This document shows, piece after piece, positions 53,215 through 64,000 of a stretch of 64,000 nt of DNA; within the stretch, counting starts at the first letter, position 1, and each line of letters opens with the position of its first letter. Under the pieces are notes generated by a model. The model did no database searches and was not told the DNA's origin. It was given only the letters and a program-made list of their open reading frames with translations. The translations under genes were made by a program, and so were the position numbers. The DNA comes from a virus. Taxonomy: Duplodnaviria; Caudoviricetes. The stretch is taken from the IMG/VR virus record IMGVR_UViG_3300021426_000070, positions 32,001 to 96,000 of that record. One strand, given 5' to 3'.

Positions 53215-53292
53215 TGGGCTTTGTCGGGTTCGAACCAACGTCACTCTTGCGAGTTCACTAGTACAAGCTCTACCAAATTGAGCTAAAAGCCC
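53215..53292 (-). tRNA. tRNA-like element with aberrant anticodon arm
   Basis: Intact acceptor (GGGCTTT/AAAGCCC), D and T arms; no standard 5-bp/7-nt anticodon arm. Confidence 0.6.
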
Positions 53293-53301
53293 GTATTATA
53301 G

Positions 53302-53372
53302 TTAGCTCAATCGGATTCGAACCGATAATAACAGAACCAAAATCTGTTGTGTTACCATTACACCATGAGCCA
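53302..53372 (-). tRNA. tRNA-Gln(TTG)
   Basis: ACAGA-TTTTGGT-TCTGT; U1:A72. Confidence 0.9.
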
Positions 53373-53377
53373 GTGTG

Positions 53378-53458
53378 TAGGGGTAATAGGACTCGAACCT
53401 ATATACATTTCTGTGCTTGCTTTTGAAACAAGTGCGTCTACCATTTCGCCATACCCCC
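53378..53458 (-). tRNA. tRNA-Leu(CAA)
   Basis: CTTGT-TTCAAAA-GCAAG; long variable arm. Confidence 0.88.
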
Positions 53459-53528
53459 GTTTCCCGCCGCTGCGGGACTTGTTCTTTGTCGAACTAATAA
53501 GCTTAAGAATTTTATCACATTTTATAGT

Positions 53529-53617
53529 GGAGGGGAGACGGACTCGAACCGCCGACCATACAGCTATAGCGCAAAGCCTATAAGTTACTGCTGCTCTACC
53601 AACTGAGCTATCCCCCC
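53529..53617 (-). tRNA. tRNA-like element with elongated anticodon arm
   Basis: Canonical acceptor, D and T arms; about 15 extra nt in the anticodon arm (TATAG-GCTTTGCG-CTATA). Confidence 0.65.
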
Positions 53618-53688
53618 ATGCCCCACCGCTGTGGGAATTATGAAATTTAAAGTTATAAATATTGCTATTCGTTTCACAACGTTTTTTG

Positions 53689-53769
53689 TGCCCCGAAAGG
53701 GAGTCGAACCCTTACGCCTTACGGCAAATGCTCTTAAAACATTCGTGTCTGCCATTTCACCATCAGGGC
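53689..53769 (-). tRNA. tRNA-Leu(TAA)
   Basis: AATGT-TTTAAGA-GCATT; variable arm GCC-GTAA-GGC. Confidence 0.9.
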
Positions 53770-53798
53770 TACCTCAATATGCCAAAGAAATACATCAG

Positions 53799-53871
53799 TG
53801 CAACGTGTGGGATTCGAACCCACGACCCCGAGATTAAAAATCACGTGCTCTGCCTACTGAGCTAACGTTAC
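53799..53871 (-). tRNA. tRNA-Lys(TTT)
   Basis: CGTGA-TTTTTAA-TCTCG. Confidence 0.88.
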
Positions 53872-54073
53872 GGATTACCTTGCACACCGCCATGTCGTCA
53901 CAGGCAACATCCCCAAGGATTTTAGGAGAAATCCACCCACATGCTACCCTTTCGGTCTTTTTGGGAATTACACCGATACTATCACATGCTTTAGTCCCGC
54001 TTTCTATATAGGTTGCGCCCCTTAACGCTTCCAAATGTACTCACTCGTGGTGCGTGTGCTGATACAATACTTG

Positions 54074-54145
54074 TAGTCGTATGGAGAATCGAACTCCAAT
54101 TATGAGAATGAAAATCTCACGTCCTAACCATTAGACGATACGACC
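54074..54145 (-). tRNA. tRNA-Glu(TTC)
   Basis: TGAGA-TTTTCAT-TCTCA. Confidence 0.9.
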
Positions 54146-54256
54146 TTGTTTTTTTTCAAAGAACTCACGACCAAAAGGTCTTTTGGAAACCTATACGGCT
54201 TTCACAAGTGGTATAGGTTGAATATCTCAAATCTAATCAATGAAAAACTGTTGTAT

Positions 54257-54724
54257 CTAAAGGAACTCACGGTTTTCCTCGATTATCTTCTCTGCGTGAA
54301 GCATAAAGGCATAGTCCGTGGAGTCGGGGATATATATCTGATACTCGAAAGAACAGAAATTGCGCCATCGTGTGATTGCCAACGACAACTCACCCATATC
54401 CAACTCGTCCATATGACGGACGTAACCTATTTCTTCACCTTTTCTGTTAAGCTTTTTTTTGTAGAAGATATCGTGGTTCACCCTATTCTTGAAATACTCC
54501 ATTTCCGCTTCGTACTTCGAGATGCCATACTCTGCGGCAAAATAGCCTATGCAGACGAAAGCAAACCTAAGCTGCTGCCCGCTTTGATGGGGCTTGAGGG
54601 CTTTCAGCTCTGCGCCGAAAGCACTCTTACCCTCTGCCTCTGCTTTCTCACCCCTTGCTATGAGTGCCTTTGCATCGGCAAGCATTTTCTCTCTGTCGTA
54701 TTTGGAAACAAGATTGTATTTCAT
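54257..54724 (-). CDS. NinB-like protein
   Basis: S..Q..F.......A.EYG...LD..ELS.AI..WRN.......IP pattern; recombination context. Confidence 0.5.
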   Translation of the reverse strand: MKYNLVSKYDREKMLADAKALIARGEKAEAEGKSAFGAELKALKPHQSGQQLRFAFVCIGYFAAEYGISKYEAEMEYFKNRVNHDIFYKKKLNRKGEEIGYVRHMDELDMGELSLAITRWRNFCSFEYQIYIPDSTDYAFMLHAEKIIEENREFL

Positions 54725-54740
54725 ACCGCTTGGTTAATTA

Positions 54741-55193
54741 TCAGAAAATCTGTGGAACGCCCTGCTGACCATTGCCTTGAGTCTGTGGCTGTGGCTGCTG
54801 TGTCTGCGGCTGCTGCTGTGGGCGGTTCTGTGTCTGTGGCTGTGACGGCATAGGAAGATTGACGTTAAGCCGCTCAATACGCAGTGCTCGTACAGAGTTG
54901 AAATAGCGCACATTGTGGTTTTGGTCTTCATAAGAACGACCCTCAATAGCGATGCCTACCTTTACAACATCACCGACCTTAAAGCCATCGAGCATACCGA
55001 CCTTGTTTTCGCCGTTAATCTCGAGGATAGGTGTATTGGTATCACTCAGCTCGGGAGTACCGTCCTCGGGATTAAAGCGCATAGCACGGATTACAAACTC
55101 ACGCTTGATAAGCGCATTACCTTGCCCATTCTTTGGGGCGATTGTCTGTGTCTGACCGATTGCAAGAATCTGTCCCGAAATTAAATTTGCCAT
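54741..55193 (-). CDS. single-stranded DNA-binding protein (DUF3127 family)
   Basis: KREFVI...GDVVKV.I.IEGR.Y.....YFNSVRA; Gln/Pro-rich tail ending in Phe. Confidence 0.8.
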   Translation of the reverse strand: MANLISGQILAIGQTQTIAPKNGQGNALIKREFVIRAMRFNPEDGTPELSDTNTPILEINGENKVGMLDGFKVGDVVKVGIAIEGRSYEDQNHNVRYFNSVRALRIERLNVNLPMPSQPQTQNRPQQQPQTQQPQPQTQGNGQQGVPQIF

Positions 55194-55197
55194 AATT

Positions 55198-56124
55198 CTA
55201 ATCTCTATAAGTTATTTTAATCGTTTCTTTCGTCTCAGAAGTCTTCAGATATTCTTTATACATATCTTGGTGCTCTTCTTGAAATTTCTTTGCATCAAAG
55301 GTGTTACGGACTGAGCCCTTAACCCTAGTAAATAGTATCAATCCCGAGTCAATACTCTCAGACTTGTCTTTCTTCATGTGCTCGAAAATCTCAGACACGA
55401 TAGCATCCCTCTCAGCAGAGAGCGCAGCAATACGCTCTTTGAGGAAAGCCAACTTATCCATGTTCTCAGCAATATAGCTAGGCAATACAGACGTGTTGAA
55501 AGGTCTGTCCTCGATATCACACATGATAAGCTCTATAATCTTTTCTACGGGCTTACGCTCGATAGGATAGTACTTAGCGATAGAACCACGCTTTGCATCC
55601 TCTCTAATCCACAGCCCCGAAAGTCTTGCAACCCTCAGCTTTGGATTCATAAGCTCAAAGAAATAGGCATAGACACTGAGCTGCCATGATACATACTCTC
55701 GGTTAAAACGATAGGTTGTCTTCACATCGGAAATCTCGACCTCGTTGTCGGCAAGACCCTTAGCATGAAACACCTTATCAATGGCACTAGCGTAATTCTC
55801 GTCATCTGATACAAGGTACTCACTAGCGATATGCTCGAGTCCGTTCTCTTCACACAGCCGCTTGTAATTCTGTACCTCGGGCATATCATCACCTAACCCC
55901 ATGTTATCGTACAGCTCGAGGCGGGAATGGATTAAGTGCCCTCTGTTTGCAGCGTTATCTAACACCGCTTGACTGACCCCCGAATAGCTATCCATGAAGA
56001 TACGCCTTTTGAGGATGCCCGTCACGCCATTCAGCTCTTTGCCATCTTTGTTAAAGTATCGGTGCTCGTCAGCAATGAACGAGCCCGACCACTTTTTCAG
56101 CTTTATCCGATTTACATTCATCAT
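55198..56124 (-). CDS. PD-(D/E)XK exonuclease
   Basis: GVT.IL, RG..IH, ASAIDKV, ISDVKT and WQLSVYA motifs. Confidence 0.8.
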   Translation of the reverse strand: MMNVNRIKLKKWSGSFIADEHRYFNKDGKELNGVTGILKRRIFMDSYSGVSQAVLDNAANRGHLIHSRLELYDNMGLGDDMPEVQNYKRLCEENGLEHIASEYLVSDDENYASAIDKVFHAKGLADNEVEISDVKTTYRFNREYVSWQLSVYAYFFELMNPKLRVARLSGLWIREDAKRGSIAKYYPIERKPVEKIIELIMCDIEDRPFNTSVLPSYIAENMDKLAFLKERIAALSAERDAIVSEIFEHMKKDKSESIDSGLILFTRVKGSVRNTFDAKKFQEEHQDMYKEYLKTSETKETIKITYRD

Positions 56125-56849
56125 GACACCTTATTCTTGTAGCTCATAATAACGTCAATGAACTTCTGTAACTTTTGGTAGTCTGCGTACTCGTCCCATA
56201 CCCTCTTCACATCTTCTTGTGTTCGGGCTTGTTCGAGTGCGGGGATAATGTACCCGTTGAGCACATCGTTAAAATCACGCTCTTCGTCAGACATAGAGCT
56301 AGGCTCTTTCTGTGGCTCTTCGTTCAGCTTGTAACGGGTATTACCAACCCTATCAACAATGACAAGCTTATTGATATTTCGGGCTTCATCATAGCCAATT
56401 TCTTTCACGATGAAAATCGTCTTAGCAGATACCTTGACCTTACCATTATCATCTTTCCACTCGTCTTTATTGAGGTTGATAAAAATCTTCGGTGAAGTAT
56501 AGAGCTCACGACCAATACCCCAATTGAAACAAGCTCGCTTGAACGAGTCAGAGAAAGAGCCCTTGACAGCCTCCGTGTTACTCTCTACGCCAACGTCTTG
56601 CTTTCCTATCCACTCACCCGTTGCTTGGTCTTTGATGGATACGGTACAACACATCTGACCATTGATAACATCGTGCTTGCGCTGCCAACCGAACATGCCG
56701 AAAAGCTCATCGAGTATTCGTTGGTCGCAACGTGCATCCTTATACAAAAGGAGAGAGCACCATGCACCGTTTTGTGTCTTGCCGCACTGACCAACTCGAC
56801 ATTCAATCTCGTCAGCCCTCAGCACTCGAATTTCTTTTGTTTCTGCCAT
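56121..56849 (-). CDS. Rad52/Sak-like single-strand annealing protein
   Basis: LLYKDAR....LDE..G..GWQ...KQDVG.ES.....KG..SD.FKRA...WGIGRELY. Confidence 0.88.
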   Translation of the reverse strand: MAETKEIRVLRADEIECRVGQCGKTQNGAWCSLLLYKDARCDQRILDELFGMFGWQRKHDVINGQMCCTVSIKDQATGEWIGKQDVGVESNTEAVKGSFSDSFKRACFNWGIGRELYTSPKIFINLNKDEWKDDNGKVKVSAKTIFIVKEIGYDEARNINKLVIVDRVGNTRYKLNEEPQKEPSSMSDEERDFNDVLNGYIIPALEQARTQEDVKRVWDEYADYQKLQKFIDVIMSYKNKVS

Positions 56850-57540
56850 ATCTTATAAGTTTAAAAGTTACCAAAACTACTTGTTACACTTGACCGCCAT
56901 CGTACCTAGTTTCTTACTCTCTACTATAGAGTATTTGACATAGCCCGCTTCTTTGTTCAGCCGACTAGCCACCGTTCGCCACGACTGAGGATTAACATCT
57001 TCTAACGGGTATTGTCGAAATTCGCCCGCCCTCAGCGTTGTCATTATCTGACGCATGTAACCATCTTCTACTTTATTAACCATCTTTTTTCTCTTTAATT
57101 TCAAACATAAAACACATGCCGTTTGCAGTGTTATAAACATCACGAGTGCAAAGGTAATACATTATTTTGTATATTGCAAATGTTTTGCCAATTTTCTTTC
57201 TTTATTTTGCATTTATTAACTTATAAACACCTCACGCACGTACATAATATAAAAAGGCGGCAATCTCAACGACCACCGCCATGTTATCAGTCCCAACCGA
57301 AAAGCGAATAGATATCACCGCACTTCTCTCGCACAAGCTTTCGGAAGGCATCCTCTCTCATTCCGTGCTGCCTAGCGAAATCACGCCAAACGCCATCTAT
57401 CCACTTTATGATGATGATATAGGTATAGACGTTCTTCCGTTCCTCGGGCATGTAACGCTCACAGACACCCAACAGCATTTGCTCCTTGTTGCTGTTCGCC
57501 TTGTTCGCCCGCTCTATCTTTCGTAAATCATAAATCAGAC

Positions 57541-58185
57541 TCATAGATTCTCGTATAATAAAGTTAAATGGTTCTTCTTTATTTCTGGCAACTCGTATGA
57601 TTTTCCAAACTGCCACTCGAACTGTTTTTTAAACTCTGCAACGTCAAACGGACGACATATAAGATGAAATCCACTTTTTGTTGGAAAACTCATCATAACA
57701 TTCTGCTTATTCTTGGAGCGTATATCATTTATATATCTTACAAGCCGTGTAAAATAATGCCCATCAGTGATATTGTCAGTATCAACCACCCACAGATTAT
57801 TATCCTTAGCCTTGTATTTCCCGCAACAAGAATCAAAGATATGGTCAAACTGCTTATAGTCATGGGCAGCTATCCTACGTGCCTCTTCCGCTATCGTATC
57901 GAGGGCTATCTGCGACATCAGCTTGTAGTTGACGGATGCATACGCTCTGCAGTGTAACAGAGTGCATATATCCTTTATCTCTTGCTCATATTTCCGCAAG
58001 TCTGCCATGGAAAAGATATGGTAGTTCTTGAAGTGATAGTTTGCCGCTGGCATATCGGCATTATCCTTTCCTCTGCGTATCAGCTCTATAACATAGAACT
58101 TATCAAGATTACCCTTCTCATTGTCCTCGGGCAACCCACCACATAGCTCTATAAGTTTTCTGTATAATTCAAAATTATCGGTCAT
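57541..58185 (-). CDS. conserved phage hypothetical protein
   Basis: RRGKDN...RAYASVN...WVVD.D...PTKSGFHLI..PF; likely start MTDNF. Confidence 0.6.
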   Translation of the reverse strand: MTDNFELYRKLIELCGGLPEDNEKGNLDKFYVIELIRRGKDNADMPAANYHFKNYHIFSMADLRKYEQEIKDICTLLHCRAYASVNYKLMSQIALDTIAEEARRIAAHDYKQFDHIFDSCCGKYKAKDNNLWVVDTDNITDGHYFTRLVRYINDIRSKNKQNVMMSFPTKSGFHLICRPFDVAEFKKQFEWQFGKSYELPEIKKNHLTLLYENL

Positions 58186-61100
58186 ACTAACAATTATTAC
58201 ACCCAACACAAATCTCGTTACCACAGACGGGGCACGTGATATAATACTGATACTCGTTCATGTGGCTCTGCTCCCTGCGGCATTCATTTGGGAAATAGCC
58301 CAACTCAGAACCACACTTATAGCACTTGGTACGCTTTTCTAAGCTACCTTTCTTGATAATCCTTACCATAACTATTCTTGTTTTAGACTTATTTTTGCCA
58401 ACGGCTCACTTCCTATCGCACTCGTCGGGTTCTCAGCGTCAACAGTCCATAGCGACCTTTCGGGAGCTTCCTTCCACAGCTGATGACGCATAACCCGATG
58501 TATATCCCAAAGGATATCAGCCGCATCGTCATAATGAATACCATACTGCCGTCCTCTGCCGCAATTCCAAAAACGGCTTTTTATCTGAGCGCATATCTCT
58601 TCTGCATCATGGCGCATATTATGCCAACCGCCTTCCCACTCGTCATCCATAAACGAGCCTACAGCCTTCTTGCAGCGTTTCTCCCAAGCATCCTCAAACA
58701 GACCTTGATAAGCAGAACCTTGACCTTGTATGAGCCTCGGAAACTGGTCACAGACATACGATAGAAGTTTTGCTTGTCGCTCTGACAGCTCTAACAGATA
58801 TCTCTTTTCCATATCACTTCTTGTTTACCTCAATCTCAATCTTTGACGTAAAAACAGAATCAAGCACCTCACACGTCTCAAGCTGACGCTTCACCTTACA
58901 ACGCTCACACGTACATAGATGCTGCTGCTTAATAGGGAATAACGAGCGTTTCGCTACATCATACAGCGTCTCACCAATCACAACGCCTACCAATGCTGCA
59001 GACGCATACACAACCCAAACAATTAAATACTTTTTCATTTATAAATCCTTTCTTTTATATACAAATAATCACTTTCCCTCAATAAGAAAAAATTCTCACA
59101 CTCATACCAAAAGCCATCAAGCTCAAAGGAAACACTGCTTATAAGCATGCCTATATCTATATTTGTATGCCCCGTCTTCTCTACTATAAGATAGGTCATT
59201 TCTCGCAGCTCTTTAAACACCTCTCCTAATGACTTGATACTATTAGCACCAACGAGCCACGGCTTACCAAACATATAATACAAGTCTTTTCTTAGCTCAA
59301 TCATGACAACGCCGCCCATTTCAAAGAACTTTTTCACTCTTATCTTGTTGTTCATTTTTCTCTCTTTCTATTCGTTTTAAAACTTGTGTTACCTTTCTCG
59401 AATATTGCACTTTCTCACGCCCACCTTTGTAGCGATACCAATTACGCCACTCTTCCTTGCGGCTCTTCTTTTCGGTTCGGGGCTCTTTTTCCCTACCGCC
59501 GCAGAAGGTCTTACGCTCCAATAGGCTATCCGTGTTTAGCTTACTGCAATAGTAAAAGCCGTGCCCACCGCCCTCAGAGGCGAAAAGCCAATGCTTACAG
59601 CCCGCACAGAATATAGTATTTGCCATTACTTAATCTTTTATTCTTTTAGTTCTTTTCTTGTCATAGCTGTTTTTGATTCTTATCTCCCCAAGTTACTTTA
59701 TAATCTTCTTTAAATGATAAAACGCTACCACGAAAAGCAACACTACATTCCATATAGTCGCTATTCATAATACGCTCTATCTGCTTCTTAACGTAAGTAT
59801 CTCCTACACCGATGCAGTTAAGATAACCGCTATCTGTTGACTGCCATTCTTCCTTTTTCATAACCTATTCCTCTATAACATCTATTAGCGCACAATGCTC
59901 CAACAAATCCTCTTTGAGCTTTGCAAATTGGCAGCTAGAGACAACATGCTTTATCAATTCTCTTTTATGCGTCACCGTCATAATATGCTTGCCGTCATTT
60001 GTGGTGGCAATAATCTGTAATGATTCAATATCGTCTGATGTCATTTCTCTTTCCTTTCCTTATAGTCTTTGAAACGTTTAAATACTTCTTGATAAAATCC
60101 CCAATCTCTTATTCCATCCCATGGTGTACTATGTAACCATTCATCTTCTAAAAGATTGGCAATTTTTACAATTTCTGCCATGTCTCTCCAATTGGGTTCT
60201 AAGTCACTCACCGCTTTATTGTAGCCTTTAACAAACGCATGTACGCATTCAATATCAACCTCCGCTGGCTCATAGTCACCCGTCCCAAACGCACCGCTTG
60301 ATGGGGTTGTATATAGCTGTACCGCATAATCTTCTATCTTACTCATATCTCGTCATCATCATTTAATTTCATACCATACCGATAAACATCAACAACTATT
60401 CTTTCATTGGGCTTTTTGGTCTTCACCAACTCATTAATACCCTCCATAAATGAATAAAACTCTGCATTATTCATCTGTCATTGCTTGTTTTAAATCGCTA
60501 ATAAAATCTTCTGTCATACCCGACTCTCCTTTAAATTCATTATACCATGTGTAGGTGTCAGCATGCTCTTTTAGCCACTCATAGATTTCGTTCCTCGCAA
60601 TCTCCACAGCCCTCCTTGCTTGGTCGGGAGTGAGCCATGGGTGATATTCTTTCAAACGTCTAATGCCATTTTCAAAATATTCGGGAAAATCATATTCATT
60701 GCTACAATTTCTTGTGCAATTACTGATAAATTCTTCTGCTTTACTCATAATTCTATTTCAATTTAATCTTACATACATGCAAGTGCTTTGTTTTCAAATC
60801 TTTTGTAGATGTTCCGAAGTACGTTTTTGGTGTTCTCGGAATCTTTTGCAATTGGGTGCGAGCAACGAGAAAAGAACACATCTTCAAGGTCTCTTGCATC
60901 CCAATCAAACTCAAGTCCTTTGTGGTAAGGGCACTTTCTACATCTGACACTTCCCACTTTTATAGGCAAACCACTCAAACGACACTTCTCATCATTCCGT
61001 CTGATATGCCAATCACGGGTGATTTTTGTTGTATTGTAATCATAGGTCATCATACGTCAGTCCTCCCAATCTTGTGTAGCTTTATCAAACACGCCCATAA

Positions 61101-61230
61101 CGGCATCATAATCCCATTCATACAAAGGAACGCCATTACAACAAAGCACCTTACAGCACTCAATAATCGACTCTACAATACTCGAATCCATACATTCAAG
61201 TTCTTCTCTTATTTCTTTCTTACCCATACG

Positions 61231-63997
61231 TCAGTCAGCATTAATTGTGATTACTTTTACTTTGTCGCCGCTATGTAAAGGGTGTGTTATACCTTCTTGT
61301 TTTATAAGGTGTCCTCCAAGCAATGTTCCATCAACAGCCTTTGCCATTAGCTGCTCTTTCTGCAACCTCATCCCATACTTGATAGCATCGTCAAAGGTTG
61401 GCGGGCGGTGTTCTTTCTCAATTATATCAAACACAAAGTCACGTTCTACCTCTGCCTCTTCCTCTGTCTGTGCATCACAGGCAGCAAGGCTGTTCTTTTC
61501 AAACTGCCCTATTTGCCAATTAGCACCAAAGCAAACAGCACGTCTTAATTGCAGTCTGTAGCCTAACTTGTCTGTGATGTTGTTAGCATACTCTTTTGCA
61601 GCAGTATTCAAGTCCTCGCTTATAGGCTCTTCTTTATGATACTCATTGACAATGAATTGGTGGTACTCGTCCATCGCCTTTCTTATCGGTCTTGTGTCAC
61701 TTGTAAGATATGCCATGTTGGAGTACATCTTATCAGCCAATTCCTTAATCTTTTCAAGTTTTTCTTTGTCTGTCATAATCAATCTTTCTTAATTAGAACT
61801 ACACTATACTTATCACCTTCTTTTGCCAAAGGAATATCCTTGTCATAGTCGTAGAGTTCCATTTGTGGGATATATGGGTAGTTACCATTATCAATGTGTA
61901 CTGTAACATCAACAGCTTTTTTCATCATCTGCTCTTTCTGCCAGTTAGCACCGAACTTGATAGCCTTTATTATTAGAGGTATATCATCTTTCTTTATAGG
62001 ACTTTGCTTAAATCCGACATCTATGTAGGTTATAAAGTTTTCGGGGTTTGAACAGTACTCGCCTATTGCCTCTTCCAAATCCTCGATTATAGGCTCATCT
62101 TGCAAATATTCTATTGCTTTTATAATTGGAAGGCGATGTGGACTTGTTACGCCCAAGTCATCAAGCACATCTTTTAGATTTGATATTATTTTCTGTACTT
62201 TGTCTGTCATATTTTATCCCTCTTTAATGATAATCATCTTACATTTGTCCGTGTCTTTTAATCCCAAATCATCAAGGCAGATTGGGTAATGGGCAATAGT
62301 TCCATAGGCTTTTCCTTCAATCCCATAAAACTCAAAAGTAGCGTGCCCATCAACAGCTTTTTTCATCATCTGTGCCAAACGCCACTCAGCACCCGAAATA
62401 AAGCCGCTGTACCTATCAAGGTTATACCCTACTTCGGTATCATCAGACCTCACGACTTTAGCATCTTCCCTTGCCGCCTTGTCTAATTCATCGCTTACAG
62501 GCTCTTGTGTTAAGGAATTGCCATTTTCTTTACACGTTTTATCATCATGTTTAGAAACAAGTGATTCTTTAACTTGTTCCTCGCTTACAGGCTCATCTTC
62601 TATGGAGTCGATATACATTTCCAATGTGGTGCAAATTCTATCTGCATAGTTTACGGAAATGTTATCACCATCCATAGTTGGTAGTAAGTTATGCAGTCTT
62701 ACAACCTCTTCACGGATTTTCTGTACTTTGTCTTTCATAACTCGCTATTCTTTTGTTCTATTATGTTTGGATGCACGTTTTTTCAAAACAGCACCCCACC
62801 ACTCAAGTCCTCTTCCTTCGGCTATCGCCTCTTCTTGAGTCATTTCCTCAATTGGTTTTATTATATCATTCATAACTTATAGTTTTAATAAATCCTCAGT
62901 TCTCGCCCAAGAAAGTACATCACTAAGCTTGCAATTAATGCAACACTCGCTCACGCAACCCGTATAAAAGAGCCCGTTAGCATAGATACAAACATATTTG
63001 CCATATTTACTAACGATAAGGCACTCGTTCTTTGCGGATGGCTCTTCGGTAGCCTTATGCCACACATCGGTTGGTCGCTCGTTTTGCTGCTCAATGAATC
63101 CAAGCAACTCCGTTAAAACCGCCTTCTGCCCGACTGCAAAATCGGACTTAAGCCCCATCACCTTTAGCCGCAGCCTTTCTATCTCTCTGTATATCTTTGT
63201 AACTGCATCCATGTTATTTATTCATCTTTGAGGTTGTTTGCGCCCCACGCAGCAAAATCCAAACACAACTGCTTAACGATATGCTTTGCCACATGTGCAA
63301 ATTGTAGGCAGTTTATTGTCTGCCATAACGTGTTAAACTCGTTCTCAAAGGCTGCTTTCTTCTCACCACGCAGCACGATAGGAGTTCGCTTTCTGTTCAG
63401 CCGACTTACAAAACCTTCAGCCACCTCTTTTTCAATACCCTCTAACCGCTCACCATCCATGCTGTCAAGCAAACAATCAACCTCTGACAAGGCATTGTAC
63501 CTACCCTCATCAAAGAACGAACGGAAATTCTTGTTTTCGTCCATGGTGTCGCTCTGCAGTTTGGCTATCTGTTCTCTCAGCATCTTTATTTCGTCACTAA
63601 GCTGCTTTCTGCCATCGTCTGCGCTCTTTTGCTTATCACCACGATAACCAAGACGTGATGCAGCAAACTCAACGAAATCATTTTGCAGTCTTGCGGCTTC
63701 TTCAGCGGAAAGGTTATATCCGCCCGTACCCGTAAGCATACCCCAACCACGGACACACAGCAACGGAGTGTGACCATCACATATATACTGCCCGTCAGCA
63801 CTGATGCCGATGTCATCAAACCCCTTAGCATTATGTACGTAATTAAGGCAGTCAGCAATGCGCTCACCAAGCTTTGCATCCCGCTCGTCCATCACGTCAA
63901 AGCATACTTGTGTACCGCCATTACACCAAATGTAACAGCAATTCTCATCAGCCTTGAACGGGGCTTTGAAAACGTCATAATATTCTAACTTTGCCAT
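61231..63997 (-). other. cluster of paralogous genes (MTDK.QKI...EP.SEDL..A...GA.WQ.EQMMK.AVD family and relatives)
   Basis: Motifs shared among 61231, 61779 and 62214, with partial similarity in 62877 and 63218. Confidence 0.65.
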
Positions 63998-64000
63998 AAT

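Noticed and set aside
53880-54060. Non-coding gap within the tRNA cluster as an additional RNA gene
   Set aside because: No cloverleaf or convincing closing helix was found.

Overview
A 64 kb segment of a large tailed phage or prophage whose promoters match the Bacteroidota -7 box (TAnnTTTG); the host is probably Prevotella-like (inference). Almost all genes lie on the minus strand. The window holds recombination/replication genes (Rad52/Sak-like annealase, PD-(D/E)XK nuclease, DUF3127 SSB, NinG, RecD2, initiator), a DNA-modification cluster (three MTases plus a Mom-like enzyme), dUTPase, an acyl carrier protein, an alpha-CTD-like protein, PAPS-reductase-like, ASCH and ParB-like genes, TerS, an intein-containing TerL, ten tRNA or tRNA-like genes and many paralogous small hypothetical genes. 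Main finding: a tRNA at 37106-37178 (-) has an initiator-type body (C1:A72 mismatch, G2:C71, C3:G70, A11:U24) but the valine anticodon GAC. Nine related basic, Gly-terminated ORFs appear to begin at a conserved GTC codon in the context (G)CNGA-GTC-AGA. Several have an in-frame stop just upstream, and three have a perfect AGGAGG 7-8 nt upstream. Together this suggests a phage-encoded, orthogonal GUC translation-initiation system for a private gene set. This is an inference from the sequence and has not been tested.
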